NCBI GenBank assembly: GCA_017399105.1
Contig: JAFQEJ010000003.1
Location: forward strand, 19,213-83,212
Source of the DNA: Clostridia bacterium
GTDB taxonomy: Bacteria; Bacillota; Clostridia; Oscillospirales; CAG-272
DNA: 64,000 nucleotides
Reading direction: 5' to 3'
A model generated the notes under the pieces. The model made no database searches, was not told where the DNA came from, and saw nothing but the letters and a program-made list of their open reading frames with translations. Shown piece after piece: positions 54,412-63,551 of this stretch. Within the stretch, counting starts at the first letter, position 1. Each line of letters begins with the position of its first letter. A program made the position numbers and the translations under genes.

Positions 54412-54786
54412 TCAGGCATTCGATGCTTCTCCTGCAGGGTATGTGATGCAGATTTTCTCTCTGATCACCTCACTCCAGCGATCGTATTCGCCGTCACAGT
54501 TCGGGTAATGGTCGATCAGCTCGATAATGGGAAAGCTCACGCTGACAGCGCCCGCTCTGACGCTGCAATAAATTTCTCCGAAATATTGTCTTTTTCGGTC
54601 AGCCTTGCCCCTGTAAAGCGCATTGCCCCCGGTATCGCAGAACAGAGCATTCTCCTCCCGATCCGCCCGAAGAACGATATTCTCCTTCACAAAAAAGACG
54701 GTCACCGGAAGATTTTTTTCATAATCAATTGCAAATTTTTTCTCGCAGCGGGTATCACTGCTGTCAAAAATGTAATCGTATTCCAT
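54412..54786 (-). CDS. hypothetical protein (124 aa)
   Basis: ORF with a moderate RBS (ggaagtg). No motif recognised. Confidence 0.45.
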   Translation of the reverse strand: MEYDYIFDSSDTRCEKKFAIDYEKNLPVTVFFVKENIVLRADREENALFCDTGGNALYRGKADRKRQYFGEIYCSVRAGAVSVSFPIIELIDHYPNCDGEYDRWSEVIREKICITYPAGEASNA

Positions 54787-55055
54787 GCTGCTTCACACTT
54801 CCGTATATATTTTGATCTGACTTCATTGTATAATATATTTGCGAATATGTCAAGGTACAGAGGCAAGCTGTCCTCTCGGATGCAAAAAGGATGCACAGGT
54901 GAATGCTCCGGAAGCAATTTAAGGTAAATATCTCCAGCAATACTGCCGAATTGCTTAAAATGAGCCACCGGGCGAATATAAACAAAGACATGACAAAAGC
55001 GGAAGCATAAACCTCCGCTTTTTCAGTTCGGCATACCTAAATTTATTGAAGCATT

Positions 55056-55361
55056 TCAGTAAATTTTTCTTACGTAAATACTTGCAGAATGCGCAATGGC
55101 TTCAGAAACATCCATTTCTGCGAATTTCTCCGCCTCAAACCCGGCATCCTTCAATTCATCCGTGTATCCCTTCATATCCTTTGCGCGAGCAGGAAGCAGC
55201 GGAATAAATACCTCTGCGTTTTTACCGTCTGCAGCATTTCTCACTTGACGTAATTCCGGTGTCTTATAGTCTTCGCCTGTTATTTGTGCCCATTCTTCAA
55301 TCGAATTTACCGCACCGCGATATACTCCGTCTTTACGATACGATTCTCGAAACAACAACAT
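55056..55361 (-). CDS. hypothetical protein or gene fragment (101 aa)
   Basis: ORF followed by a terminator hairpin (about 54993-55023). No RBS is visible upstream of the first Met, so it may be truncated. Confidence 0.35.
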   Translation of the reverse strand: MLLFRESYRKDGVYRGAVNSIEEWAQITGEDYKTPELRQVRNAADGKNAEVFIPLLPARAKDMKGYTDELKDAGFEAEKFAEMDVSEAIAHSASIYVRKIY

Positions 55362-55489
55362 CGGCGCTGCGGGATTCAGGCTTTATAAATTCGTTTCACG
55401 GTATTATATCACAGGTATATCTGTTTGTCCGGTGAAATCTTCGAAGTTCGAGTCATCTGCACTTTGCGTTAAAAGGGATGAAAAAATGC

Positions 55490-55518
55490 TTGACTTCACA
55501 GATCGGATATTGTATAAT
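55490..55518 (+). promoter_or_regulatory. sigma-A promoter of the M23 peptidase gene
   Basis: TTGACT, 17-bp spacer, TATAAT. Confidence 0.65.
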
Positions 55519-55558
55519 AAAATAGAATATATGTACATATCAGAAAGGATGTCGTCAT

Positions 55559-57184
55559 ATGACTGCTTCTGTGAGAAATAAACTGATCGCTGCCCTCTGC
55601 GTCATCGCACTCTTTATCCCTACATATGTTGCCATCGGCAGCTATGTCTCGGCTCAGAATGCTCCCGTGGAGGAAAAAACGGTATCGGCTATGCAGATTG
55701 TCGATATCAGAGGCAACAGCTTCTCGCTTGATAAGGAGAATGCCGCCGAAGCCGATCTGATCACCACCTTCATCGGACTTGCCGACGGTGCCAAGAATGT
55801 AGGCAGCCTTCCCGAGGAAATCGCCGATGATCCTTATTATCAGGTCACCTACTCCAGCTATGGCATTGAGAGCAAATACAGCTATTATCTCTCCGCCGTC
55901 CCCACCGATAACTACTTCGTCGACAACAAGGGCGGTGTCTTCCGCATCGATTCTCAGAAGGCGGCAGACCTCATCTCCTCCGCATCTGCAGAGCCGATCA
56001 CCCGCGCCCTCTATTCCGGCTCCGAATTCCCCACCCTGCAGATCGGGTCGGCAACGCTGCTCCCCGGCAGTGCCAGCTGGAGCTATACAAACTACGCCGA
56101 AACCTCGGTTGTGCTCAAGGATATCGCCACCGATTCTGCCAAGGCAAGCTGCAACGTGGCTTCGAGCATTCCGCTGAATTTCTCGGTTCAGCCCGATTCC
56201 CTGATGATCACCGTCTCGGATGCGGGACAGGTCATCTATGCCGGTCCTTATGATCAGTTGGGCTCCCTCGATGTCAGCGCCGATGCCTCCTATGATGTCC
56301 TTCTCGAAGCAAAATGGGCAGAAACAGCAGCAAGACGCGGCGGCGGCGAAGCACAGTATTCCTTCGTTGCCAATGTCAACGCGCCCGCAGTCTTCTATCT
56401 TGGTGAAACCTCGGTTCAGCCCGGCGAATTTGTTGTGATCACCGGCAAGAATGTGGACAATGTGACCGCAGTCAAGTTCTCCTCTGAGCCTGCCATCAAC
56501 TTTACCCCCACCTTCTTCATGGACGGTGAGCTGGCGGTAGCACTTGTGCCCATCTCCATCGAGCTTCCCGAGGCTGACAGCTATGTATTCACCCTCACAT
56601 CCGGCGAGGTTACACAGCAGATGACCCTCACCATCGAGGATAAAACCTTCAAGAGCCAGGAGATTGAAATCACCTCCTCGGACATTCTCTCAAGACGTAC
56701 CGCCTCCACCCTCTCCGAGTTCGAGAACAATCTCTCCACCGTCATTTCAAACGCAGAGACCACCCGCTACTTTGACGGCAAATTCATCGAAGCGCACAAC
56801 GGCTCCATCCGTACCGGCTTCGGCATCCACCGTACCGTCTCGGGCAACAAGATGAAATACCGCCACGAGGGCGTTGACTATATCGTTGCCAAGGGCGACG
56901 CTGCACTCTCTGCCAACGCCGGCAAGGTCATCTATGTGGGCGAGCAGACGGTCTCCGGTCTCACGGTTGTGGTCGATCACGGCTTCGGTCTCAAGAGCTG
57001 GTACATGCATCTCTCCTCTGCCTCGGTTAAGGCAGGCGACATCGTCAAAACCGGCGACACCATCGGTATTGTAGGCTCCTCCGGCTTCACAAACGGTCTC
57101 GGTCTGCACTATTCGCTCTCTGTCTTCGGCGTGCCTGTCTGCCCCTACGATCTGTGGGAGAACGGTGTCGTAATGACAAAATAA
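55559..57184 (+). CDS. membrane-anchored M23 (LytM-domain) peptidase-family protein
   Basis: N-terminal TM segment. The C-terminal LytM domain has HEGVD (HxxxD) and VVVDHG....WYMHL. The final HxH motif reads GLHY. Confidence 0.8.
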   Translation: MTASVRNKLIAALCVIALFIPTYVAIGSYVSAQNAPVEEKTVSAMQIVDIRGNSFSLDKENAAEADLITTFIGLADGAKNVGSLPEEIADDPYYQVTYSSYGIESKYSYYLSAVPTDNYFVDNKGGVFRIDSQKAADLISSASAEPITRALYSGSEFPTLQIGSATLLPGSASWSYTNYAETSVVLKDIATDSAKASCNVASSIPLNFSVQPDSLMITVSDAGQVIYAGPYDQLGSLDVSADASYDVLLEAKWAETAARRGGGEAQYSFVANVNAPAVFYLGETSVQPGEFVVITGKNVDNVTAVKFSSEPAINFTPTFFMDGELAVALVPISIELPEADSYVFTLTSGEVTQQMTLTIEDKTFKSQEIEITSSDILSRRTASTLSEFENNLSTVISNAETTRYFDGKFIEAHNGSIRTGFGIHRTVSGNKMKYRHEGVDYIVAKGDAALSANAGKVIYVGEQTVSGLTVVVDHGFGLKSWYMHLSSASVKAGDIVKTGDTIGIVGSSGFTNGLGLHYSLSVFGVPVCPYDLWENGVVMTK

Positions 57185-57220
57185 ATTTGACATCACATAG
57201 TAAACTGAATAGGAAATCGA

Positions 57221-57254
57221 AGAGCATGCCTTCCTCGGAGGGGATGCTCTTTTC
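57221..57254 (+). terminator. rho-independent terminator
   Basis: AGAGCAT..(loop)..ATGCTCT followed by TTTC. Confidence 0.6.
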
Positions 57255-57376
57255 ATGTTTTTAACTGAGCATGATAACCTAAAATTTGTCTACTTATTAT
57301 GAGTATACTTTATACATTATACCACAAAATAATCTTAAAATATACTTATAAAAAGATTATTTTCAGAGGTCATTCC

Positions 57377-57571
57377 ATGCGCAATAAGAGCAACAAGCAT
57401 CTGGGCATCGAAATTGATCCCGAGCTGCACTATAAGCTGCACTACATTTCCAAATACGAGGGCAGATCGGCAAACGGCGAAATTCTCTATCTTATCCGCC
57501 AGGCAATCCGCGACTTTGAGCGGCGTGAGGGGGAGATTGTTTATCCGCCGACCGATGAAGAAAAGCTATAA
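57377..57571 (+). CDS. small ribbon-helix-helix (Arc/CopG-like) DNA-binding protein
   Basis: 64 aa. ..KHLGIEIDPELHYKLHYISKYEGRSANGEILYLIRQAIRDFE has a beta-strand plus two-helix pattern. A 10-bp inverted repeat lies in its promoter. Confidence 0.5.
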   Translation: MRNKSNKHLGIEIDPELHYKLHYISKYEGRSANGEILYLIRQAIRDFERREGEIVYPPTDEEKL

Positions 57572-57602
57572 ATTTTGTCCTAATTACCTTATATGTTCCC
57601 GG

Positions 57603-57740
57603 GCAGATATTCAGCCCGTTTTGTAGGGCGGGTTCTTGTGTCACGCTGCCCGAAACAACCGAAATCCCGCGAAACAGCGGGAGTACCCCCCTGCCCTACG
57701 GTGAAATTGCATATTCCCGGACAGTGGGAACACTTTGTCG
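57603..57740 (-). repeat. ~138-nt structured intergenic repeat, copy B (inverted relative to 32818-32954)
   Basis: See copy A. It contains the CCCGC-TGTTTC-GCGGG hairpin and outer GTAGGGC..GCCCTAC arms. Confidence 0.8.
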
Positions 57741-57798
57741 GGTGGGGAGAAAATTTTTCAAAGGATATCCGATTCAGGTTATCCTTTTTTGTTTTTCC

Positions 57799-57827
57799 TT
57801 GACAAAATCCTCACATTATAGTATCAT
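57799..57827 (+). promoter_or_regulatory. sigma-A promoter of family member 3
   Basis: cTTGACAaaa, 17-bp spacer, TATCAT. Confidence 0.6.
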
Positions 57828-57867
57828 TAATATAAGAATATTTTTAGGTTCGGAGGCAAACCGTATC

Positions 57868-58743
57868 ATGACCCGATATATTAAATTGATTGCATGCATC
57901 CTCACCCTTGCCGTCATTCTCACACTCACCGCTTCTGCGAAGGTTCAGCTTCATGACATGGACCAAATCACCGAACATGTGGGCGGTGTTGCTGTTGAAC
58001 TTGTCACATCTGCAAAAGAGCACGTCGAAGGTGACGGCGCAATATGCTCCTACTCCAATGAGCTGATAATCGTCCAGGTGCAGTTTATGCCCACCAACAT
58101 TGAAGCCTACGCACTGGACGGCGGTCTGCATTTCTGGCTCTATCTGGAGGATGCCGATGCCCTCAACGGAAACGGTCAGATCGAGCTGACAAGCTCGGGC
58201 ACCTGCGACGTGGAGGAAACCACCTGGCATATCTATGACGTCTCCTACGAGGACGGCTGGAACGAAATCTGGCTCCCCTTCTACAACTGCGGGCAGGATG
58301 AGCTGAATTACGCCGCCTGCAACTTCTTCCGCATCTATAACTTTCTCGACTACGACACCTATATGATTGTCGACGATATTTCGGTGGGTCTGCGCGAGGA
58401 TTTTCCCACCCTTGATTCGGATGAAAAGCCCTACGACAATGTTGACGAAACCGAGCCCGAAACCAAGGCTCCTCTGCTTGGCAACATCGACGACCACGAG
58501 GATACCGCCTCTGAGGAGGATGTCTCCGAGGAGGATGAATATGTGGACGAAGGCTATGCGGGCATGGACGGCGCAGGTGCCATCGAGGACAGAGCCGAGG
58601 AAGAAAGCACCACAGGCAACAATCCCCTGCTCTATGTGGGCGTTGTCGTTTTCGCCGCCCTTGCCATTATAGCAACCGTTTTTGTCGTCTTTGTACGCAA
58701 TTACAAGGAGGAAGAACCCGAGGAGCCGAAGCAGGATGAATAA
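57868..58743 (+). CDS. 291-aa surface protein: signal peptide, one copy of the novel domain, acidic linker, C-terminal TM anchor
   Basis: Signal peptide ..LTLTASA/KV. Motif QIELTSSGTCDVEETTW..DGWNEIWLPF..CNFFRIYNF. TM segment LLYVGVVVFAALAIIATVFVVFV. Confidence 0.8.
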   Translation: MTRYIKLIACILTLAVILTLTASAKVQLHDMDQITEHVGGVAVELVTSAKEHVEGDGAICSYSNELIIVQVQFMPTNIEAYALDGGLHFWLYLEDADALNGNGQIELTSSGTCDVEETTWHIYDVSYEDGWNEIWLPFYNCGQDELNYAACNFFRIYNFLDYDTYMIVDDISVGLREDFPTLDSDEKPYDNVDETEPETKAPLLGNIDDHEDTASEEDVSEEDEYVDEGYAGMDGAGAIEDRAEEESTTGNNPLLYVGVVVFAALAIIATVFVVFVRNYKEEEPEEPKQDE

Positions 58744-59209
58744 AACCAACGCCATGCGTATGCTCGATGCGGCGAAGATTCCCTACTCCATCTTTGAATA
58801 CGAGGTGGACGAATCGGATCTCTCGGGTACACATATCGCATCTCAGATCGGACTGCCCGAGGAGCAGGTCTTCAAAACCATCGTCCTGCGGGGCGATAAG
58901 CGGGGACTGTCGGTCTTCTGTGTGCCGGTTGCCTGCGAGATCGATCTGAAAAAAGCCGCAAAAATCACCGGCGACAAGAAGATTGAGCCGGTTCATGTGA
59001 AGGAGCTGCTCTCGCTTACCGGATATATCCGCGGCGGCTGTTCTCCCATCGGAATGAAGAAAAAATTCCCCACATACATCGACGAAACCGCCATCCTTTT
59101 TGAGGAAATCACGGTCAGCGCCGGTGTTCGCGGCTGTCAGCTTCTTCTGAAGGTGGACGATCTTGTTGCCTTCACCGAGGCAGAGCTGGCAGACTTCTCT
59201 GTGAATTAA
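58736..59209 (+). CDS. ybaK: Cys-tRNA(Pro)/Cys-tRNA(Cys) deacylase
   Basis: MNKTNAMRMLDAAKIPY....Y.......G.......G.....VFKT.V..GDK.....C.VP......DLKK.A ... with GGCSPIG. The ATG overlaps the upstream stop (ATGAATAA). Confidence 0.85.
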   Translation: MNKTNAMRMLDAAKIPYSIFEYEVDESDLSGTHIASQIGLPEEQVFKTIVLRGDKRGLSVFCVPVACEIDLKKAAKITGDKKIEPVHVKELLSLTGYIRGGCSPIGMKKKFPTYIDETAILFEEITVSAGVRGCQLLLKVDDLVAFTEAELADFSVN

Positions 59210-59290
59210 AACAAGTGCATATACAACATCGGGCTGTCGCATTTGCAGTGTGTCAGCCCTTTTCACTGAAACAGAAAGGGGTTTACAATC

Positions 59291-60211
59291 ATGAAAAGCA
59301 TCAACATCGGAAAAACAGGCATGATGGTCTCGGAGATCGCCCTCGGCTGTATGAGAATGGCGGGCATCCCGCTTGAGCGCGCCGAGCGTGTCATCAAAAC
59401 TGCGCTGGAGTGCGGCATCAATTTCTTTGATCACGCCGATATCTACGGCGGAAACGGACGCTCTGAGGAGGTCTTTGCCGCGGCGGCAAACTTCAGCGAG
59501 GATGAGCGCGAGAAGATTTTCCTCCAGACCAAGTGCGCCATCAAGCCGAACATGTACGATTTCTCAAAGGAGCACATCATCTCCTCGGTGGAAGACAGTC
59601 TCAGACGGCTGAAGACCGACTATATTGACCTGCTCCTTCTCCACCGCCCCGATGCCCTTGCCGAGCCGGATGAGGTCAACGAAGCCTTCTGCAAGCTTGC
59701 AAACGAGGGCAAGGTGCGCCATTTCGGCGTCAGCAATCACAAGCCCATGCAGATTGAACTGCTCGACCGCTCGCTTGCTCACCACATCGTGGTTAACCAG
59801 CTTCAGTTCGGCATCGCCCACAGCGGCATGATCGACAACGGCATCAATGTGAACATGAAAAACGATCCTTCCATCGACCGCGACGGAAGTGTGCTCGATT
59901 ACTGCCGCCTCAAGGACATTACCATCCAGGCATGGTCGCCCTTCATGCACGGCTTCTTCGAGGGAGTTTTCTTCGATTCGGATAAATATGCAGAGCTGAG
60001 TGCCAAACTTGCTGACATGGCAGAGGCGAAGGGAGTTGGCGACAACGCTCTCGCCATTGCATGGATTCTCCGCCATCCCGCGAAGATTCAGCCGATTGTG
60101 GGAAGCATGACGCCCGAGCGCATCAAGACCATCGCTGCCGCATCCGAGGTTGAGCTGACCCGCGAGGAATGGTACGATCTCTACCGCGCCGCCGGCAACC
60201 GCCTGCCCTGA
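59291..60211 (+). CDS. aldo/keto reductase
   Basis: ..LGCMRM.......I..A.E.GINFFDHADIYG.G.SE and ..YIDLLLLHRPD.. motifs. Confidence 0.85.
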   Translation: MKSINIGKTGMMVSEIALGCMRMAGIPLERAERVIKTALECGINFFDHADIYGGNGRSEEVFAAAANFSEDEREKIFLQTKCAIKPNMYDFSKEHIISSVEDSLRRLKTDYIDLLLLHRPDALAEPDEVNEAFCKLANEGKVRHFGVSNHKPMQIELLDRSLAHHIVVNQLQFGIAHSGMIDNGINVNMKNDPSIDRDGSVLDYCRLKDITIQAWSPFMHGFFEGVFFDSDKYAELSAKLADMAEAKGVGDNALAIAWILRHPAKIQPIVGSMTPERIKTIAAASEVELTREEWYDLYRAAGNRLP

Positions 60212-60213
60212 GC

Positions 60214-60717
60214 ATGGAGAAAATCGAAGTCATCCGGGCAACGCCCGAGCTGCTTGCCGTACGCTGGGAGCGCAACATTGCCGACAATCCCGACGATCCC
60301 CGCTGGCTCTGCTGGCGCGATCAGTATATTGGCTATAACGAAAGCGGCATGGCGCACAGCTATCTGATTCTCGCCCAAGGGATTCCGGTAGGGGAGGGAA
60401 CGCTGCTCTTCTCACCCGCGTGCTCGGCGGTGCGCGGCAGGCTCAAGCTTGCCGACCGAAATGCAGAGGGCATCACCTGTGCCAATATCAATGCGCTCCG
60501 CATCGAAAAGCTATGGGAGGGCATCGGCGCCGTATCGCGCATGGTCAGGCTGATGGAATCGGACGCCCGAGAGATGGGAATCACCACCCTCACCATCGGC
60601 GTGGAGGCGGCTGAGACCCGCAATCTGGCCATTTATCTGCACTGGGGCTACACGCGCTTCCTCTTCTCGGAGGTGGAAGATGGGGAGCTTGTGCTCTATT
60701 ATGCGAAGGATCTTTGA
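60214..60717 (+). CDS. GNAT-family N-acetyltransferase
   Basis: About 167 aa with a C-terminal ..R..G.G....L....A.E.G...L.IGVE..N..A...Y...GY pattern. Confidence 0.6.
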   Translation: MEKIEVIRATPELLAVRWERNIADNPDDPRWLCWRDQYIGYNESGMAHSYLILAQGIPVGEGTLLFSPACSAVRGRLKLADRNAEGITCANINALRIEKLWEGIGAVSRMVRLMESDAREMGITTLTIGVEAAETRNLAIYLHWGYTRFLFSEVEDGELVLYYAKDL

Positions 60718-60748
60718 GATAAAAATGTATTATGGAGGAAGATAAACG

Positions 60749-60955
60749 ATGTATCGATATGAATATGAGACGGTGAGCTGTGATTTTGACGGCTGGGGTC
60801 TGGTCTCCGGCAATGTTTACAGCATTGAGGATTACCGATCGGTTATCAACAGGAGAGCCGAGGAGGGATGGAGATATGTGGGATGTATTCCCACCACACA
60901 GCGGGGAACGGGACACACCGAAAAGATCGATTTGATCTTCGAGAAAGAAGTGTAA
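60749..60955 (+). CDS. DUF4177-domain protein
   Basis: MYRYEYETV........IN..AEEGWRYV......IFEKE pattern at 68 aa. Confidence 0.6.
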   Translation: MYRYEYETVSCDFDGWGLVSGNVYSIEDYRSVINRRAEEGWRYVGCIPTTQRGTGHTEKIDLIFEKEV

Positions 60956-61015
60956 AACGGTAACAATCCCTATATACGCGGCAGACTTGCAGGATATTGG
61001 GGTAGGGAGTTTGCA

Positions 61016-61377
61016 GTGGAAATGGAATTGCCGAAAAGAAAACCGCTGCGGTTAAAAACGTATGATTACAGCACTATGGGAGCATATTCTATTACGATAT
61101 ATACCAAAGATCGAAAAATGTTATTCGCGCCCGTAGGGTATCGGAGATTGTTCAATCGTTCAAGAGATATTCAACCGTTGAACATATTAAAATGCTCAAG
61201 GATGGGATATTGCCGCCATTCGATAAACAGGTACGGCAACGTTCTTTCTATGATCACGTCATACGCAATCGTGACGATTATAACGAGATATACAAATACA
61301 TCTGCGAAAACCCAATCCGCTGGTATGATGACGAATTGTATACCGGAGAATTGAGCGATGGGACTTCCGCCCAATGA
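61016..61377 (+). pseudogene. IS200/IS605-like Y1 (REP-associated, RayT-type) transposase remnant, frameshifted and internally deleted
   Basis: Frame 1 reads MELPKRKPLRLKTYDYSTMGAYSITIYTKDRKMLFAPVG. It then shifts frame to ..SEIVQSFKRYSTVEHIKMLKDGILPPFDKQVRQRSFYDHVIRNRDDYNEIYKYICENPIRW. The HUH-containing middle is missing. Confidence 0.6.
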
Positions 61378-61470
61378 TAAAAATCCTTTCCCAAAAACAG
61401 AACATCCCCGACAGACCAAAAATCTGTCGGGGATATTCTATCCTTATGAAGCCGCTCTCCGCTTCTTATC

Positions 61471-61929
61471 CTATTCCTTCCGTGTCAGCACCCATATCAA
61501 TGCCGCCGCAGCAGCACCGAGTGCCGCGCCGGTCGAGTCGAGCAGCACATCGATCACCGCAGGACCGCGTCCCGGCACGAACATCTGGTGGATTTCGTCG
61601 CTGATCGCGTAGAGCACCGCGCACCCCCATCCAGGCAGGACGGCGAACAGGCAGCCATCTGCAATCGTCGACCGAAAGCTCAGCGTAAAGCCAGCCGCAA
61701 AGCCGCCCAGCAGCGCATAAACAAAAGCATGCGCACACTTGCGGATCACATGATTGACCTCGCCCACAACCTCGGGGTCAGTCTCAGCCAGTTGAGGAAA
61801 GAGCAGAAGGGCAATTCCCTCGCTGGTCTCCCCCGACAAATCGGCAGGCTGTGACGAAAAGGCGAAGATGATGACCATCACCGCCAGCGTCAGCGCACCA
61901 AACACCGCGCTCCATGCTTTGATTTTCAT
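61471..61929 (-). CDS. VanZ-family membrane protein
   Basis: ..IRKCAHAFVYALLG.. and ..ISDEIHQMFVPGR......DVLLDS.GA motifs. Confidence 0.85.
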   Translation of the reverse strand: MKIKAWSAVFGALTLAVMVIIFAFSSQPADLSGETSEGIALLLFPQLAETDPEVVGEVNHVIRKCAHAFVYALLGGFAAGFTLSFRSTIADGCLFAVLPGWGCAVLYAISDEIHQMFVPGRGPAVIDVLLDSTGAALGAAAAALIWVLTRKE

Positions 61930-61957
61930 ATCTTCGCCTCTTTGATCGAATTTTTTG

Positions 61958-63490
61958 TCAGCCTTTAATCAGCTCACCCAGCGCCGCATAGCTCTCCTTG
62001 AGTGCGGGATAGAGTTTGCGGAAGAGAGCGTAGCATTCCTCGTAGCGTGCCGCCTTCACGGGATCGGGCGACTGAGGCTTGTTGTAGGTAATCACCGCAT
62101 CGCATGCCTGCTCAACGCTTGAATAGATGCCTGCACCAACGCCTGCCAGAAGGGCAACACCCAGCGCGGGGCCTTCCTTCGACCTTGCAGTATTGACGTC
62201 GCAGTTATAGAGATCGGCAAGCATGCTTCTCCAGAGGGGACTGGAGCCGCCGCCGCCGCAGGCTGTCATGACCGATACATCCAGACCCATCTCGCGCAGA
62301 ACCTCCAGGCAGTCGCGCAGCGAGTAGGAGACGCCCTCCATGACGGCGCGAAGCATATCGCTTCTGGTGTGGATTGCAGAAAGACCGAAGAAGACACCGC
62401 GGGCATTGGGATCAAGATGGGGGGTACGCTCGCCCATGAGGTAGGGCAGATAGAAGAGACCGTTTGCGCCTACGGGGATGCGCTCTGCTTCCTTATCCAT
62501 GAGGTAGTAGGGATCGACGCCCATTCTCAGCGCCGTTTCAATCTCGGACATGCAGAAGTTATCGCGGAACCACTTCAGAGAGAGACCCGCGCCCTGGGTA
62601 ACGCCCATCACATGCCACTTGCCGGGAACCGCACAGCAGAAGGTATGAACTCTGCCCGCAAGGTCAATGACAGGCTGATCCATGTGCGCGAAAACCACGC
62701 CACTGGTACCGATAGTAGTAAAGGCGCTGCCCTCACGCACGATGCCGCAGCCGATGGCAGCCGCCGCATTGTCACCTGCACCGCCGACAACAGGAGTTCC
62801 CTCTGCAAGACCGGTCAGTGCTGCGGCTTCAGCGGTGATCTCACCTGTAATCTCGGGGGATTCGTAGACCTTGCCCAGCATATCCTCGTCAATATCCAGC
62901 GCCGCCAGCACTTCCTTCGACCAGCAGCGGCCGGGAACATCAAGAAGCTGCATGCCTGAGGCATCCGAAACCTCGGTGGCGAACTCGCCGGTCAGCTTAT
63001 AGCGGATATAGTCCTTGGGAAGCAGAATTTTCGCGCACTTTGCGTAAATCTCCGGCTCATGATTGCGCACCCAAAGAATCTTCGATGCAGTAAAGCCGGT
63101 CAGCGCAGGATTTGCGGTGATTTCAATCAGACGCTTTGCACCGACGCGCTCGGTAATCTCGGCACATTCTGCAGCCGTTCTCTGGTCGCACCAGATGATT
63201 GAGCGGCGAAGCACTTCGCCATTTTTATCGAGCATCACAAGTCCGTGCATCTGTCCCGAAATACCGATACCCTTGATATCATGCTTGTCGACCCCCGAAT
63301 CGAACAAAACAGCCGATACGCTGTCCACAACCGCACGCCACCAGTCGGCAGGCTCCTGCTCTGCGTAACCGTTCTGCGGCTGATACAGCGGATATTCCAC
63401 AGAAGAGGATGCAACAACGCTGCCGTCCTCTGTAAAAAGCACCGTCTTGGTCGCCGATGTACCAAGATCAATTCCAATTAAGTAAGCCAT
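61958..63490 (-). CDS. xylB: xylulokinase (FGGY carbohydrate kinase)
   Basis: MAYLIGIDLGTSATKTVLF, ..GISGQMHG.V.LD.. and ..GGGA.S..W.Q..AD.. motifs at 510 aa. Confidence 0.85.
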   Translation of the reverse strand: MAYLIGIDLGTSATKTVLFTEDGSVVASSSVEYPLYQPQNGYAEQEPADWWRAVVDSVSAVLFDSGVDKHDIKGIGISGQMHGLVMLDKNGEVLRRSIIWCDQRTAAECAEITERVGAKRLIEITANPALTGFTASKILWVRNHEPEIYAKCAKILLPKDYIRYKLTGEFATEVSDASGMQLLDVPGRCWSKEVLAALDIDEDMLGKVYESPEITGEITAEAAALTGLAEGTPVVGGAGDNAAAAIGCGIVREGSAFTTIGTSGVVFAHMDQPVIDLAGRVHTFCCAVPGKWHVMGVTQGAGLSLKWFRDNFCMSEIETALRMGVDPYYLMDKEAERIPVGANGLFYLPYLMGERTPHLDPNARGVFFGLSAIHTRSDMLRAVMEGVSYSLRDCLEVLREMGLDVSVMTACGGGGSSPLWRSMLADLYNCDVNTARSKEGPALGVALLAGVGAGIYSSVEQACDAVITYNKPQSPDPVKAARYEECYALFRKLYPALKESYAALGELIKG

Positions 63491-63551
63491 AACCCAAATT
63501 CTCCTTTAAATATTATAGTATATAGTGTGTAATTTTATGCCAAAAGCCCCA

